DNA of 64,000 nt from NCBI GenBank assembly GCA_002269645.1, contig NIVC01002814.1, positions 1-64,000 of the forward strand. The letters are read 5' to 3'. This document shows, one piece after another, positions 20,572-32,746 of the stretch. The translations under genes were made by a program, and so were the position numbers. Source of the DNA: Macrostomum lignano. Its lineage: Eukaryota. The notes beneath the pieces are model-generated. The model saw nothing but the letters and a program-made list of their open reading frames with translations, was not told the origin of the DNA and made no database searches. Within the stretch, counting starts at the first letter, position 1. Each line of letters begins with the position of its first letter.

Positions 20572-23236
20572 TGAGTCTAACAGATTCTGAGTCTAACAGA
20601 ATCTCCCTGAGTCTAACAGAATCTCCCTGAGTCTAACAGAATCTCTCTGAGTCTAACAGAATCTCTCTGAGTCTAACAGAATCTCTCTGAGTCTAACAGA
20701 ATCTCTCTGAGTCTAACAGAATCTCTGTGAATCTAACAGAATCTCTCTGAGTCTAACAGAATCTCTCTGAGTCTAACAGAATCTCTCTGAGTCTAACAGA
20801 ATCTCTCTGAGTCTAACAGAATCTCTCTGAGTCTAACAGAATCTCTCTGAGTCTAACAGAATCTCTGTGAATCTAACAGAATCTCTCTGAGTCTAACAGA
20901 ATCTCCCTGAGTCTAACAGAATCTCTCTGAGTCTAACAGAATCTCTCTGAGTCTAACAGAATCTCTCTGAGTCTAACAGAATCTCCCTGAGTCTAACAGC
21001 ATCTCTCTGAGTCTAACAGAATCTCTGTGAATCTAACAGAATCTCTCTGAGTCTAACAGAATCTCCCTGAGTCTAACAGAATCTCTCTGAGTCTAACAGA
21101 ATCTCTCTGAGTCTAACAGAATCTCTCTGAGTCTAACAGAATCTCCCTGAGTCTAACAGCATCTCTCTGAGTCTAACAGAATCTCTCTGAGTCTAACAGA
21201 ATCTCTCTGAGTCTAACAGAATCTCTCTGAGTCTAACAGAATCTCTCTGAGTCTAACAGAATCTCTGTGAATCTAACAGAATCTCTCTGAGTCTAACAGA
21301 ATCTCTCTGAGTCTAACAGAATCTCTGTGAGTCTAACAGCATCTCTCTGAGTCTAACAGAATCTCTCTGAATCTAACAGAATATCTCTGAGTCTAACAGA
21401 ATATCTCTGAGTCTAACAGAATATCTCTGAGTCTAACAGAATCTCTCTGAGTCTAACAGCATCTCTCTGAGTCTAACAGAATCTCTCTGAGTCTAACAGA
21501 ATCTCTCTGAGTCTAACAGAATATCTCTGAGTCTAACAGAATCTCTCTGAGTCTAACAGAATCTCTCTGAGTCTAACAGAATCTCTCTGAGTCTAACAGA
21601 ATCTCTCTGAGTCTAACAGAATCTCTCTGAGTCTAACAGAATCTCTCTGAGTCTAACAGAATCTCTCTGAGTCTAACAGAATCTCTCTGAGTCTAACAGA
21701 ATCTCTCTGAGTCTAACAGAATCTCTCTGAGTCTAACAGAATCTCTCTGAGTCTAACAGAATCTCTCTGAGTCTAACAGAATATCTCTGAGTCTAACAGA
21801 ATCTCTCTGAGTCTAACAGAATATCTCTGAGTCTAACAGAATATCTCTGAGTCTAACAGAATATCTCTGAGTCTAACAGAATCACTCTGAGTCTAACAGA
21901 ATCTCTCTGAGTCTAACAGAATCTCTCTGAGTCTAACAGAATCTCTTCGAGTCTAACAGAATATCTCTGAGTCTAACAGAATCTCTCTGAGTCTAACAGA
22001 ATCTCTCTGAGTCTAACAGAATATCTCTGAGTCTAACAGAATCTCTCTGAGTCTAACAGAATCTCTCTGAGTCTAACAGAATCTCTCTGAGTCTAACAGA
22101 ATCTCTCTGAGTCTAACAGAATCTCTCTGAGTCTAACAGAATCTCTCTGAGTCTAACAGAATCTCTCTGAGTCTAACAGAATCTCTCTGAGTCTAACAGA
22201 ATCTCTCTGAGTCTAAAAGAATCTCTCTGAGTCTAACAGAATCTCTCTGAGTCTAACAGAATCTCTGTGAATCTAACAGAATCTCTCTGAGTCTAACAGA
22301 ATCTCCCTGAGTCTAACAGAATCTCTCTGAGTCTAACAGAATCTCTCTGAGTCTAACAGAATCTCTCTGAGTCTAACAGAATCTCCCTGAGTCTAACAGC
22401 ATCTCTCTGAGTCTAACAGAATCTCTCTGAGTCTAACAGAATCTCTCTGAGTCTAACAGAATCTCTCTGAGTCTAACAGAATCTCCCTGAGTCTAACAGA
22501 ATCTCTCTGAGTCTAACAGAATCTCTCTGAGTCTAACAGAATCTCTCTGAGTCTAACAGAATATCTCTGAGTCTAACAGAATCTCTCTGAGTCTAACAGA
22601 ATCTCTCTGAGTCTAACAGCATCTATCTGAGTCTAACAGCATCTCTCTGAATCTAACAGAATATCTCTGAGTCTAACAGAATATCTCTGAGTCTAACAGA
22701 ATATCTCTGAGTCTAACAGAATCTCTCTGAGTCTAACAGAATCTCTCTGAGTCTAACAGAATCTCTCTGAGTCTAACAGCATCTCTCTGAGTCTAACAGA
22801 ATCTCTCTGAATCTAACAGAATATCTCTGAGTCTAACAGAATATCTCTGAGTCTAACAGAATCTCTCTGAGTCTAACAGAATCTCTCTGAGTCTAACAGA
22901 ATCTCTCTGAGTCTAACAGAATATCTCTGAGTCTAACAGAATCTCTCTGAGTCTAACAGAATCTCTCTGAGTCTAACAGAATATCTCTGAGTCTAACAGA
23001 ATCTCTGTGAATCTAACAGAATCTCTCTGAGTCTAACAGAATATCTCTGAGTCTAACAGAATCTCTCTGAGTCTAACAGCATCTCTCTGAGTCTAACAGA
23101 ATATCTCTGAGTCTAACAGAATATCTCTGAGTCTAACAGAATATCTCTGAGTCTAACAGCATCTCTCTGAGTCTAACAGAATATCTCTGAGTCTAACAGA
23201 ATATCTCTGAGTCTAACAGAATCTCTCTGAGTCTAC
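20572..23236. repeat. 20-bp satellite (GAGTCTAACAGAATCTCTCT), ~133 copies
   Basis: Highly homogeneous array with single-base variants, starting ~440 bp upstream of the carbonic anhydrase ATG. Confidence 0.98.
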
Positions 23237-23830
23237 CTATATAATTATTGTATCCTATATACCTATAAATATTCTTCAAATCTTAAAAACCTTAAAAACT
23301 GCAAAAGTTCTTTCTTTCATAGAAATAATTTATAATTTGTCCACACGCATAAGACACTGGAACCTATTCCGAAATCTGAACTAAACCACTGGAACCAAAA
23401 ATAGAAGCAAAAAAGGCATTAAGTGATAATGGAAGAGCTTATCGATAAGCAAAGGGAGCCAAGAGCTTCACACAACTGGCGCAGGCAGCTGACTTTCCGT
23501 CTTTTGCTCGTGAAAAATCCAGGCATTTGCAGAAGAAGATAGCGGAGGGGGGTTACACAGCAGCTAAAATACAGCATGAATGTGCAATATATTGACTGTA
23601 CAACGCTGCTGTCGATTTGCAGATAAGGTCTTATTCACCGGGTAAGATTCCCTATCCCGGGCCACTTTGCACACTCAATGCTCGACCCAAAGCCCAGAAC
23701 CCCCCTAACTTCGAATCATAGAATTCCAGATAACTAACTGGAAGAGAAGGCTCACTTTTTCGTGGGTCGAAAGCGGACACAACCGGGCCGAGTCATTTTA
23801 GCTTGTTTAAACGGCCTGCCTTTCCCTATC

Positions 23831-23877
23831 CAGGGAATACTCTACATAGAGTATGAGAGTATGTAGAGTATTCCCTG
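23831..23877. other. 47-bp perfect hairpin (18-bp arms) flanked by a 7-bp direct repeat CCCTATC
   Basis: CAGGGAATACTCTACATA (23831-23848), 11-nt spacer, TATGTAGAGTATTCCCTG (23860-23877). CCCTATC lies at 23824-23830 and 23878-23884. Confidence 0.7.
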
Positions 23878-24559
23878 CCCTATCTCAGTCCCACTGACTA
23901 AGCGGGGTTTGAGGTGGGCAGGCTCTTCACAAGGCTTGGAAGTTTTTTTGTCCTAGACAGGAGAAAAACCCTTCGGAGGGGAAGGAAGATCCCCGGTAAA
24001 TCAGTGCTGTTTCTTTGTCTGTGATGCACACGGGGTAACAGGCCCCCACTTGAAAGCTGAACGCATGCACATTGGGTGTACATTTGCTCGCATGCTTTTG
24101 AGGATGCCTTCTCCACTTCACCCTAAATGAAAAATATATAAAGATTCGATATGATGCATGCTATATCAGAGACTATAGTCAGAGAAAAAGAATTGTTTAT
24201 AAATACGCAGCTTACAACTACAGGTCTGGATCTGGATATGCAACTACAAATAAAAATCCAGCGGTTCAATCTTCAGGAGCAGAAAGCAGAATATTTTCTC
24301 ATGTGTTTCCTTTGCATGATTTTCAACTATTTGAAGAGTGGTCGCAACGAATTCGAAGGGTAAACTACCAACCCAGGACAGAATCTCAACTGTTGCACTT
24401 TATTGCCACCGATTTTCACACAACGTCACAAGATTCTTAGTGAGCGCAGGAGAAACAGCGACACTCTGAATAAGGAATGATGGTGTGCCGGTGTGCCCTC
24501 CATACAACAACAAAATGCGCTGTCAGCCATTCCAGCGAGTCATGGTCATGAGAGACAAG

Positions 24560-25190
24560 GACAACGTCACACGTTTCAGGGCCTGGGCGCGAACCGCCGG
24601 CCGCACCGCCGGCAGAGTCCGGGGCGCCGGCATTAGCCGGCAAGAAGTCGACGAAACACAGACTGCGCGCCTGTCCCCGCCGGTAGGGTGCCTGCAGCGA
24701 CAGCAGCAGCACTTCCTGCACCGGCTGTGGACTTTAGGACTCGGCTCGGATGATGTGGCCTGCCAGCTGGAGTCGTGGACGGCGCAAAAGTTTGCTGGGA
24801 AGGGACAGGCCAGTGCGGCGATAGAGCCCGCATTGGTGACGTGCTCGCAGCCGATCTTAAAGACAGGCCAGCGTGCGCCGCATTGACCTGCTGTTCGAGC
24901 GAATCCGTCAGTGTCCAGGTCTCGGTGTTGTACAACAGGACGGTCTCGATCACCGCCTTGAACAACGCCGCCCTCTGGCCGTCAGGCAGGGCCTCGGACT
25001 GCAGGACAGCCCTCACGAAACGGAAGGCAACCCAAGCAAGTCCACGGCGACGTGCTAGGTCCTCTGGAACATCAAGCACCATGGTCTGCAGACCGCCGAG
25101 GCAGACGAACTGCTGACAGTGCGGAAGCTTCGACACCTGCCTGTCAGCGTCTCGGTATTCGAAGCACGACGGTCTTCTGCGTGTTGACCC
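24560..25190 (-). mobile_element. 5'-truncated non-LTR retrotransposon (RTE-like LINE), C-terminal RT/thumb remnant, frameshifted
   Basis: Translation contains QQFVCLGG...EDLARRRGLAWVAFR...RAALFKAVIETVLLYNTETWTLT, then broken RRLQLAGH-type motifs. These are typical of the 3' part of RTE-clade ORF2. Confidence 0.8.
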
Positions 25191-26065
25191 CCAGGCCGAC
25201 GCTTGCAGCAACGCTCACAAGCTGGTCCAGCTGGCGCTGGGCGCGTTCGACGGTCGGCAGGAAGAGACTCGACGAAATCGTCGAGTTTGACCGCGATGCA
25301 TCAGGTGAAATCGATCGCCGGAAAGTACCGCGATGCAGTGGCGATGGTACCGCGATGCATCTTCTTCATAGATTAGATTAAGCAGCTAATTTATGTTCAT
25401 ACTATGATTTTTTACTGATCCTATGTGTTTACTTTGCGGCTTTGCAAAAATATTAGTTTTGTTAAGATGTCACAAATACCTTTAGTGACTCTTAATAAGC
25501 ACTGACTTGTTAATTAAAAAAATAAACTTAAAGAATTAAATGTTACTCTTAATAACAGCAGCCAATTATTAGTGAAAACATTAGTGTTGAATAAGGCAGC
25601 CAGAAAACATGCAGGCTCCACTCGGCCCGGTTGTGTCCGCCCCCCAAAAAAGCCTTCGCTTCCAGTTAGTTATCTAGAATTCTATGCTTCGAATGCAGAT
25701 CGGCAAAGTTATAGATAGATATAGAGATAAGGGTCAGGAACTGAGGCACGGGTTGGCAGTTGCACCGCGTATTGGAGAAAAGGAGGTGACTGTAAATTAT
25801 GATAGCTAGGGCAGGGATCCAGATTTCAATGGGGCCAGCTTCTGACTAAGGGCCATGAAAGGTATAGCCTGGTGAAAAGCTGAAATTATAAGGCGGCAAT
25901 CTACGGGTCTTACAGTATGTATGCTGGGGAATCATCTATAGATTAGGCGGAATTAGACAGTAAATTAGACAATAAATTAGGCAAATCAGACAGTGAATCA
26001 GGTGAATTAGAAAATAATTTGGCGAATTAGACCGCTTTGTGGTAATCAAAAATTTCTGATTACCA

Positions 26066-26578
26066 CAAAATGAGTGCCTTCGGCGCCAAAATGAGTGCCT
26101 GCGGCGCAAGAATGAGTGCCTGTGGCGCCAGAATTGAGTGCCTGCGGCGCTAAAATGAGTGCCTTCGGCGCCAAAATGAGTGCCTGCGGCGCTAAAATGA
26201 GTGCCTTCGGCGCTAAAATGAGTGCCTTCGGCGCCAAAATGAGTGCTTTCGGCGCCAAAATGAGTGCCTTCGGCGCCAAAATGAGTGCCTTCGGCGCCAA
26301 AATGAGTGACTGCGGCGCCAAAAGGAGTGCCTTCGGCGCCAAAATGAGTACCTGCGGCGCCAAATGAGTGACTGCGGCGCCAAAATGAGTGCCTTCGGCG
26401 CCAAAATGAATGCCTTCGGCGCCAAAATGAGTACCTGCGGCGCCAAAATGAGTACCTGCGGCGCCAAAATGAGTGCCTTCGGCGCCAAAATGAGTGCCTG
26501 CGGCGCCAAAAGGAGTGCCCACGGCGCCAAAATGAGTGCCTGCGGCGCCAAAAGGAGTGCCTACGGCGCCAAAATGAG
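26066..26578. repeat. 21-bp minisatellite (AAAATGAGTGCCTTCGGCGCC)
   Basis: Directly visible array, flanked on both sides by degenerate AATTAGAC/GC repeats. Confidence 0.95.
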
Positions 26579-27287
26579 CCAATACACAGGCCCTGACAAC
26601 AGGATTCTCAAAATAAAGGAAATGTTGTAATTTAGTCATGCACATGTTGAGATCTTGGTTTTGTCCCCCCAACATAAAATCCATGGCGATGCCCCTGCTT
26701 AGTAAGTTGAATTAGACAATAAATTCAGTAAATTAGAAAATAAATTAGGCGAATTAGGCGACAAATTTTATCGCAAAGAAGCGCTCTAGCTGGTATTAAA
26801 TGTCCTGTGACAGAGAAAGCGCATTCTTTCTGTACTATCTGGGCATTTCCCATTTAATTCTGATTGTGGGAACCATAACGGCAGCTACAATTGAAACGCA
26901 CCGCATCATTTGCGTAGCAGGGCCAGTAAAAGGATCGGTCTGATGTCCCTGGATAGCAGCTACAGTACTGTATACACAACACGCTGTTCTGCGCAAATCT
27001 ACTGTAACACGATCGTAGCTGCAATGTAAACCTGTAGTTAAACATGTAAATGTCTGGAAACCAACGCTAAAAAATAAGACTACATGCCTCTATTTGCAGA
27101 GCTTTACAAGTATTTATACACAATAATGTGACGACTTCTATAGTCGATAAATTTGTTTAGGTAAATGTACTAAAAAGTGGATGCTTTCGCCTTTGCAAGT
27201 GCTCAAATTATTCGATATTACGAGCAGTGCATGAGGTGCACCTTTACTATTTCATCGCATCTATTGCATCAGAGGTGGTGGCACAGA

Positions 27288-27461
27288 AACTGAGGATCTG
27301 GGAGGCTGGCCCAGCAACTGAGGATCTGGGAGGCTGGCCCAGCAACTGATGATCTGGGAGGCTGGCCCAGCAATTGAGAATCGGGGAGGCTGGTAGCCCC
27401 AGCAACTGAGGATCTGGGAGGCTGGTAGCCCCAGCAACTGAGGATCTGGGAGGCTGGCCCA
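27288..27461. repeat. ~27-31-bp minisatellite (GGCCCAGCAACTGAGGATCTGGGAGGCT), left half
   Basis: The same unit resumes at 36143, so the array is split by the CMC element. Confidence 0.93.
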
Positions 27462-28137
27462 CCCTAGGGACCCAAAATGGACAAATAATGCATTTTCAGA
27501 ATCTAATGACAAAATAGTGCATTCTTGGTGCATTATATGTACGTGCATTTTTAATGCATTTTTAGTAAAAGTTCTATCTACACTATTTAACAAAATAAGC
27601 ATGAATTTAGTTCAAGATTGGCTTTATTGCGCATCTGTGTATTTATAAATTATACTTCCGTTGCTAACTTTGAAGAACAAATAATAAAACGTGGTGCGAT
27701 AAAAATGCATTATTTTCTGTAACAATTATCAAATTACAAATGCATTTTTTATATCCAGCCGTAGCGAATTAGACCATCACAAATTGAAATTAAAATGGCG
27801 GTCTAATTGCGTGCTGGATTATTTTGTTGCTCGAAGCGAAATTCGTAATTAAATTTCTATTTCAGGTTCTTATCTAGCAAACAAACTTACATTCGTACGC
27901 AAAAATTGGGTCGCTTTTGTTATTTCTCTATAACATAGCTTGTTCAATCGATTTTGATTGTCGAAATAAAAGCTTTGTTTTCTTCACTATTTTATGACAT
28001 CCTCTCAACAATTTAATTGCATTAATCAATCTGGTGTGACAATTATTCCAATTTCTAATTATTCCAATTCAGTTAATATATTATTATTATAGGTTTGAAT
28101 TTATTGACTTCAGACACTAAGAGTTGGTGGATCTTGA

Positions 28138-31100
28138 ATGGATCTTGCGGCTGGTTCAAGTAGGCGCTCTTCGAATAGAGTAGTGAAACCAGTGCAACGA
28201 TTGGCAAATTCTGCTGCGTCATTTTATGATTCGAAGTACCTACTATTCTTCATTCGAAAGACAAGAACTTATCATAACTTTTCCCGTGGCAGTCTTGCAC
28301 TTAGCCATAATGAGCCTGATGTGAAATTCATTTTTGTAAGTAATTTTTTGCTTACTTACTAGGCCCAGGCCTAATCCTAGTAATTGTTACAAATGCTATT
28401 GCATATTGTATACAAAATTCTGCAGGATTTGAAAAAATAAATAAATTGCTTGAGTGCATATGGCTTAAAATGAATGTAGTTTTGTGTGCCTAACTATCAA
28501 ATATCTATTAACTCCTACAAATATATTTATTAGGGCCTAAAGTTAAATGAAGCTAAATAGTTTTTTATATTGTTTTACTAGTAGGCTGGGCTTCTATAGC
28601 CATATGCCTAGTTTAGGCCATGTAGGGAGTAGGCCCTGATGCCCAACTATAGAACTAGTTAGGTATTTTTTAGTGAATTAGGCTTATTCTAAGATTTCAT
28701 CTTTTTATAGTTTTAGTAATACTAGGCCAAGGCTGTTTAATTTGCAAAAGACTACTTTTTAGTGCTTGAAATAGGCTGTTTAGTTGCTATCAATGTTAGA
28801 GTATGATTAGCTAACTCATGCATAAAGAACTATGGTTGGTTTGGCTAGCTTTCCTTTCTTTTCTATATGTTCTCTATTCTAAGTATAGAGAGAATATATT
28901 GGGCTGTTAGGAAAATTCTGTCCGTTTTGACTAAAATATGTTGGAGCGAGTTTTTATAGGAATGCAGCAGTGTTACTCAGTAAAATAATTGCCATCGCAA
29001 TCGATGACCCTCTGCCAACGAGAGGGCAGACTTTGGATGCCAGCTCTGTAGAAATCCTTGGGCTGTGATTCAAAAAAGTTAGTAATGCAGTCCTTGACCC
29101 CTTTGTCATCTTCAAACGTTTTCTCTTTCAGATGATGGTGCAGCGCTCGAAAAAGATGGTAGTCTGTAGGGGCCAGATCGGGGCTGTACGGTGGGTGGGG
29201 CAGCACTTCCCAGCCCAGATCCAGCAGCTTTTGTCGGGTCAAATTGGCGGTGTGCGGCCGAGCGTTGTCATGAAGGAAGCGAACATGCTGACGCCCTGGA
29301 CGCTGTGTGCGGAGGCAGTCGGCCACATTCTGCAGCTGGTTACAGTAGAGCTCGGCGGTGATGCTGGTGTTGGGCGGCAGCAGCTCGAAGTATACAACTC
29401 CTTCACTGTCCTACCAACAGCAGAGCATCACCTTCTTAGGGTGCAGTGGGGCCTTTGGCTCTGGCTGTGGCGGTTTGCCGGCATCAACCCACTGGCGCTT
29501 GCGGTGTATATTAACGTACATCACCCACTTCTCATCGCCAGTGAGTATTGAGGCCAGCCAGTCTGTTGTTCTCTTGTAGGAGAGCAGTGAGGTGCAAATG
29601 TCTGCTCGGCTTTGACGGTCCCTGTCAGTCAGGTCATGGGGGTCCACTGTCCGAGCTTGCTTTTCTTGCCCATGGCAGCCAGGTGTTCAGCGACTTGCAC
29701 ATGGGAGCACCCAAGAGTGGCTGCCAGCTCTCGTGTAGTCTGGTGCGGATTGGCCTCCACAAGTGTCCGCAGCAGCTCAGTGTCTATCTCAGATGGGCGT
29801 CCAGGGCGAGGTTCGTCAGCAAGGCTGTAGTCGCCGCTGCGAAAGCGATCAAACCAACGACGGGCTGTGCGGTCAGAGACAGCATCCTGGCCAAATGCAC
29901 TGCACAGGCGTCGAGTCGATTCGGCTGCTGTAATACCTGCTAGAAAATCATATAGCATGCACTGCCTTAGAGCGATGCTGTTTAATTCAAAATTTCTGGC
30001 CATAATTGGGCGCTGAAAAGCAAATGACTTGGTTAGAATGACCACAACTCTGGCTGTATATGCATACACAAGTATTGGATCCAACACAGCTTCATGATCC
30101 TCTGCATAGAAAAATAAAAAACGGACAGAACTTTCCTAACAACCCAATAGAATTTTGGCCATTTTTAAATGTCTTATTGTCTATTTTTTTAATATATATT
30201 TTGTATAATGTATTCATTTTCAAACTTGACTGCCTTCATTGATTTTTATAACATTTTATATAGTGGTCTCAGTATGTTTATATATCTATTTATCTATGAG
30301 CTATTTTATTCCTATGCTAAGCCTAAGGTGTTCAATTCATAGGAAGGTCTATTTGCTGATAAGGTAGGCCCTATATTCTATCCAATAGCAAGTTTACTAT
30401 TTGAACTATTGTCCAGTGCTTTAGTTTTCTATTTTAATATTTCTTATACTTTTAGTTTTCCTAGTATTTTAATAGGCTATATTTGCCAACTCTATTAAGC
30501 TATCTAAAGTTTTATTTTAGTTAAGTTTGTCTATTTTTCCAATGGATTTATTCTCTTTAGCTTGTCTATCTTTCTAAAGGACTCTTTTGTTTAGTTTGTC
30601 TAACTTTCTAATAGGCTATATCTATTTTGTTAACTATTCTAAAAAGAATTTTCTATTTAGTTTGTTTATAATTCTTAATTAAAAAATTAATTTGGTCTAA
30701 TATTAGCTCAAAATCTAATAATGAATCACATTTTTATTTTAGGGTGAGGACTACCCACTTGCTCTCAAGGATGGCATTTTCAATGGCATGTTCATTGCAG
30801 CTGAACCATGGTCAAAAATGATCTACCTTGAGAAGGAGCTTGATGCATTCATAACTGAAAACAAGGAGAACTCCGAGCTCTCTGATCATGTCCAGTCTCA
30901 TATGAAAGTCTTCATGAGACAACAAGAAGACTCAAGTGATGAAGATGCAGGTGATATTGACGATTCGGATGATGATGAGACCTGGCAGCCTACTCCGCCT
31001 CCTACTCAGGTTTCTTTTGTAAGCCCAAGTCCAGTTTCGACACCTACAGCTGCTCATTCTCGTGCTAGGAAGCAATCTCAAGGCAGTCTAGCAAACAAGC

Positions 31101-32286
31101 GGCCAAGGACAGCTGGTACTCATGTTGAAGACAGACACCAAAATTCTGAGGCATCATTGGCTTTAATTGCAAGTGAGGAACAGCGTGCCTTACCACCGGA
31201 ACTACTTCCTCAAGTTCTTCAGGCTCATGAATCAGCAAAGGCAGCAAGTGCAAACGATCCCACAAATTCCAAGCCTCTCACACTGGCTGAATTTCAGGAA
31301 GGAATGGGTAAGGTTTAATTATTTCTTTCTTGTGCTTTTGTTTTTATGCTTTATTCTCATTATCTCAGTGTAATACAACTTTTTTACTCACAAATCCTGC
31401 ATTTCGTGCTGCTTATGTAATCACTATCAGTATAGTACAAATGTGAAACACCAAATGTTTCAGACAGTTTGAAGCGGTTCATCGCTCACAAACTGAGGAA
31501 GATTCGCACTTCATCATCCAGCTTGCATCAAATGGTATCAGCTGATTTCCTTAAGGAGGTAGGTTTCTCAGTTTCTGTGCAAATTAATTTACTTTCTTTA
31601 CTAACCATTTACTATAAAATTATTATATGCTTTACTTTGCCATTTTACTTTACTGTTTTTCTTATTTTTCGCTCTTCTTCATGTGGCTTGACGTTTTCAC
31701 ATTTCACTGACATTTATCATGACATAATCCAAACAATCGGTCCTGAGTACCAATTTTCTTTGTACTTTTTCGTAGGAATTTGAAGGCCACGATGGGCGAG
31801 TTTGCAATTTCTCAGATCTGCCTCGTACAACGACGTCGAAGTTCATCAGGGCATATGCTTCTGCGAGGTATGGCGTCGAGTATGTGCAATCGCATGTTTT
31901 CGGAGAGTACAAAGGCACGACACAAAGGCCAAAGGCTCCAGGAGAAGTGCAAGACCATCTTAAGAGTAAGCGATACAATTTCTTTGCAACTGAATGTTTT
32001 TTGGCAACTGACTTAGTATTGTGGGCATTAGATGGATGCAGGTCATTCTATATAGTCTTTTAAAGCTAAAAATTCAAACTGGCTCACTGTAGCCATTCCA
32101 TTGTTGGAAAATGTTTGTGTGAATTTGCTGCTACTATAAAATCTTTCTTAAAAAAAACTAGGCATTCTGAACAAGGCCTTCAATATCCCGAGGGATCAAA
32201 CGGTTTCTGCGTGGACAGCCGTCAAAGACTCTCTGAATCGACTTGGTCCAGAGTCAACCTTCCGCAAGCGAAAGGCCGGTGATTAG
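28138..32286 (+). CDS. Transposon accessory gene (TnpA-like position), ~390 aa, with acidic/low-complexity middle and C-terminal BEN-like helical domain; 5 exons
   Basis: Exons 28138-28335, 30743-31307, 31464-31558, 31776-31965 and 32162-32286. All junctions are GT-AG with matching phases, and the exons total 1173 nt (391 codons) with no internal stop. The C-terminus TTTSKFIRAYASARYGVEYVQSHVFGEYKGTTQRPKAPGEVQDHLKSILNKAFNIPRDQTVSAWTAVKDSLNRLGPESTFRKRK fits the BEN/DUF4806 pattern by eye. Confidence 0.7.
28899..30147 (-). mobile_element. Mariner (Tc1/mariner, DD34D) element, nested in intron 1 of the CMC accessory gene
   Basis: 30-bp TIRs TTGGGCTGTTAGGAAAATTCTGTCCGTTTT and AAAACGGACAGAACTTTCCTAACAACCCAA (2 mismatches). 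TA TSDs at 28897-28898 and 30148-30149. Length 1249 bp. Confidence 0.95.
28973..30003 (-). pseudogene. Mariner transposase pseudogene (one -1 frameshift at ~29640, one in-frame TAG at ~29410)
   Basis: HTH region (TARRWFDRFRSGDYSLADEPRPGRP), W(T)PHDL, TGDEKW, HDNARPH and PPYSPDLAPTDYHLF motifs. CCW-TAG-DSEG replaces WWD. The span is 1031 nt, one base short of a 343-codon-plus-stop frame. Confidence 0.93.
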
Positions 32287-32746
32287 ACTGACGGCTAAAC
32301 GTGTGTCGCAATATTTTAACTGAAGATGCAATCACCCAACTGCCATTCGACATGTAACAAACTATAACGTTTTTGAACTGAATCGATCCCTATTTTACGT
32401 TATCTGCGCTAAAGTCAAACTCTTACTCTGTAGTGTTTTTTTAATATAAAATGAAGCGACTACCTTAATTATTTTTTTAGAATAATAACTGTTGCGTTTG
32501 AAAAGTGTTGGCACTCTTTGTATGGGTAGTTAGGATACCCTTAATGATTTCCGTAGTCGTTCAAAATGTATATATGTGGAAGAATCTAAACTCCTTCAAC
32601 TTTAACGCCACCGAGCTAATTTATTCCACTTCATTTCATATTTATCGATAGATGATGGTGCACATTCTTATTTCGATGGCACGGGTACGTAATTTTCTCC
32701 AAACTTTTCAGTCTATCCTAACACTCGTAGAACTGAAGTTGAAATT

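Noticed and set aside
20572-23236. Regular short repeats as a possible CRISPR array (also 2207-5225 and 15845-16990)
   Set aside because: Units are head-to-tail with no unique spacers, there are no cas genes, and the context is eukaryotic. These are satellites.
26046-26684. GAKMSAF/THFGA repeat ORFs
   Set aside because: They are translations of a 21-bp minisatellite with no signal peptide, splice context or domain.
25802-26700. Possible hAT element around the 21-bp minisatellite (CAGGG...CCCCTG)
   Set aside because: The terminal match is only about 5 bp and I could not identify a TSD.
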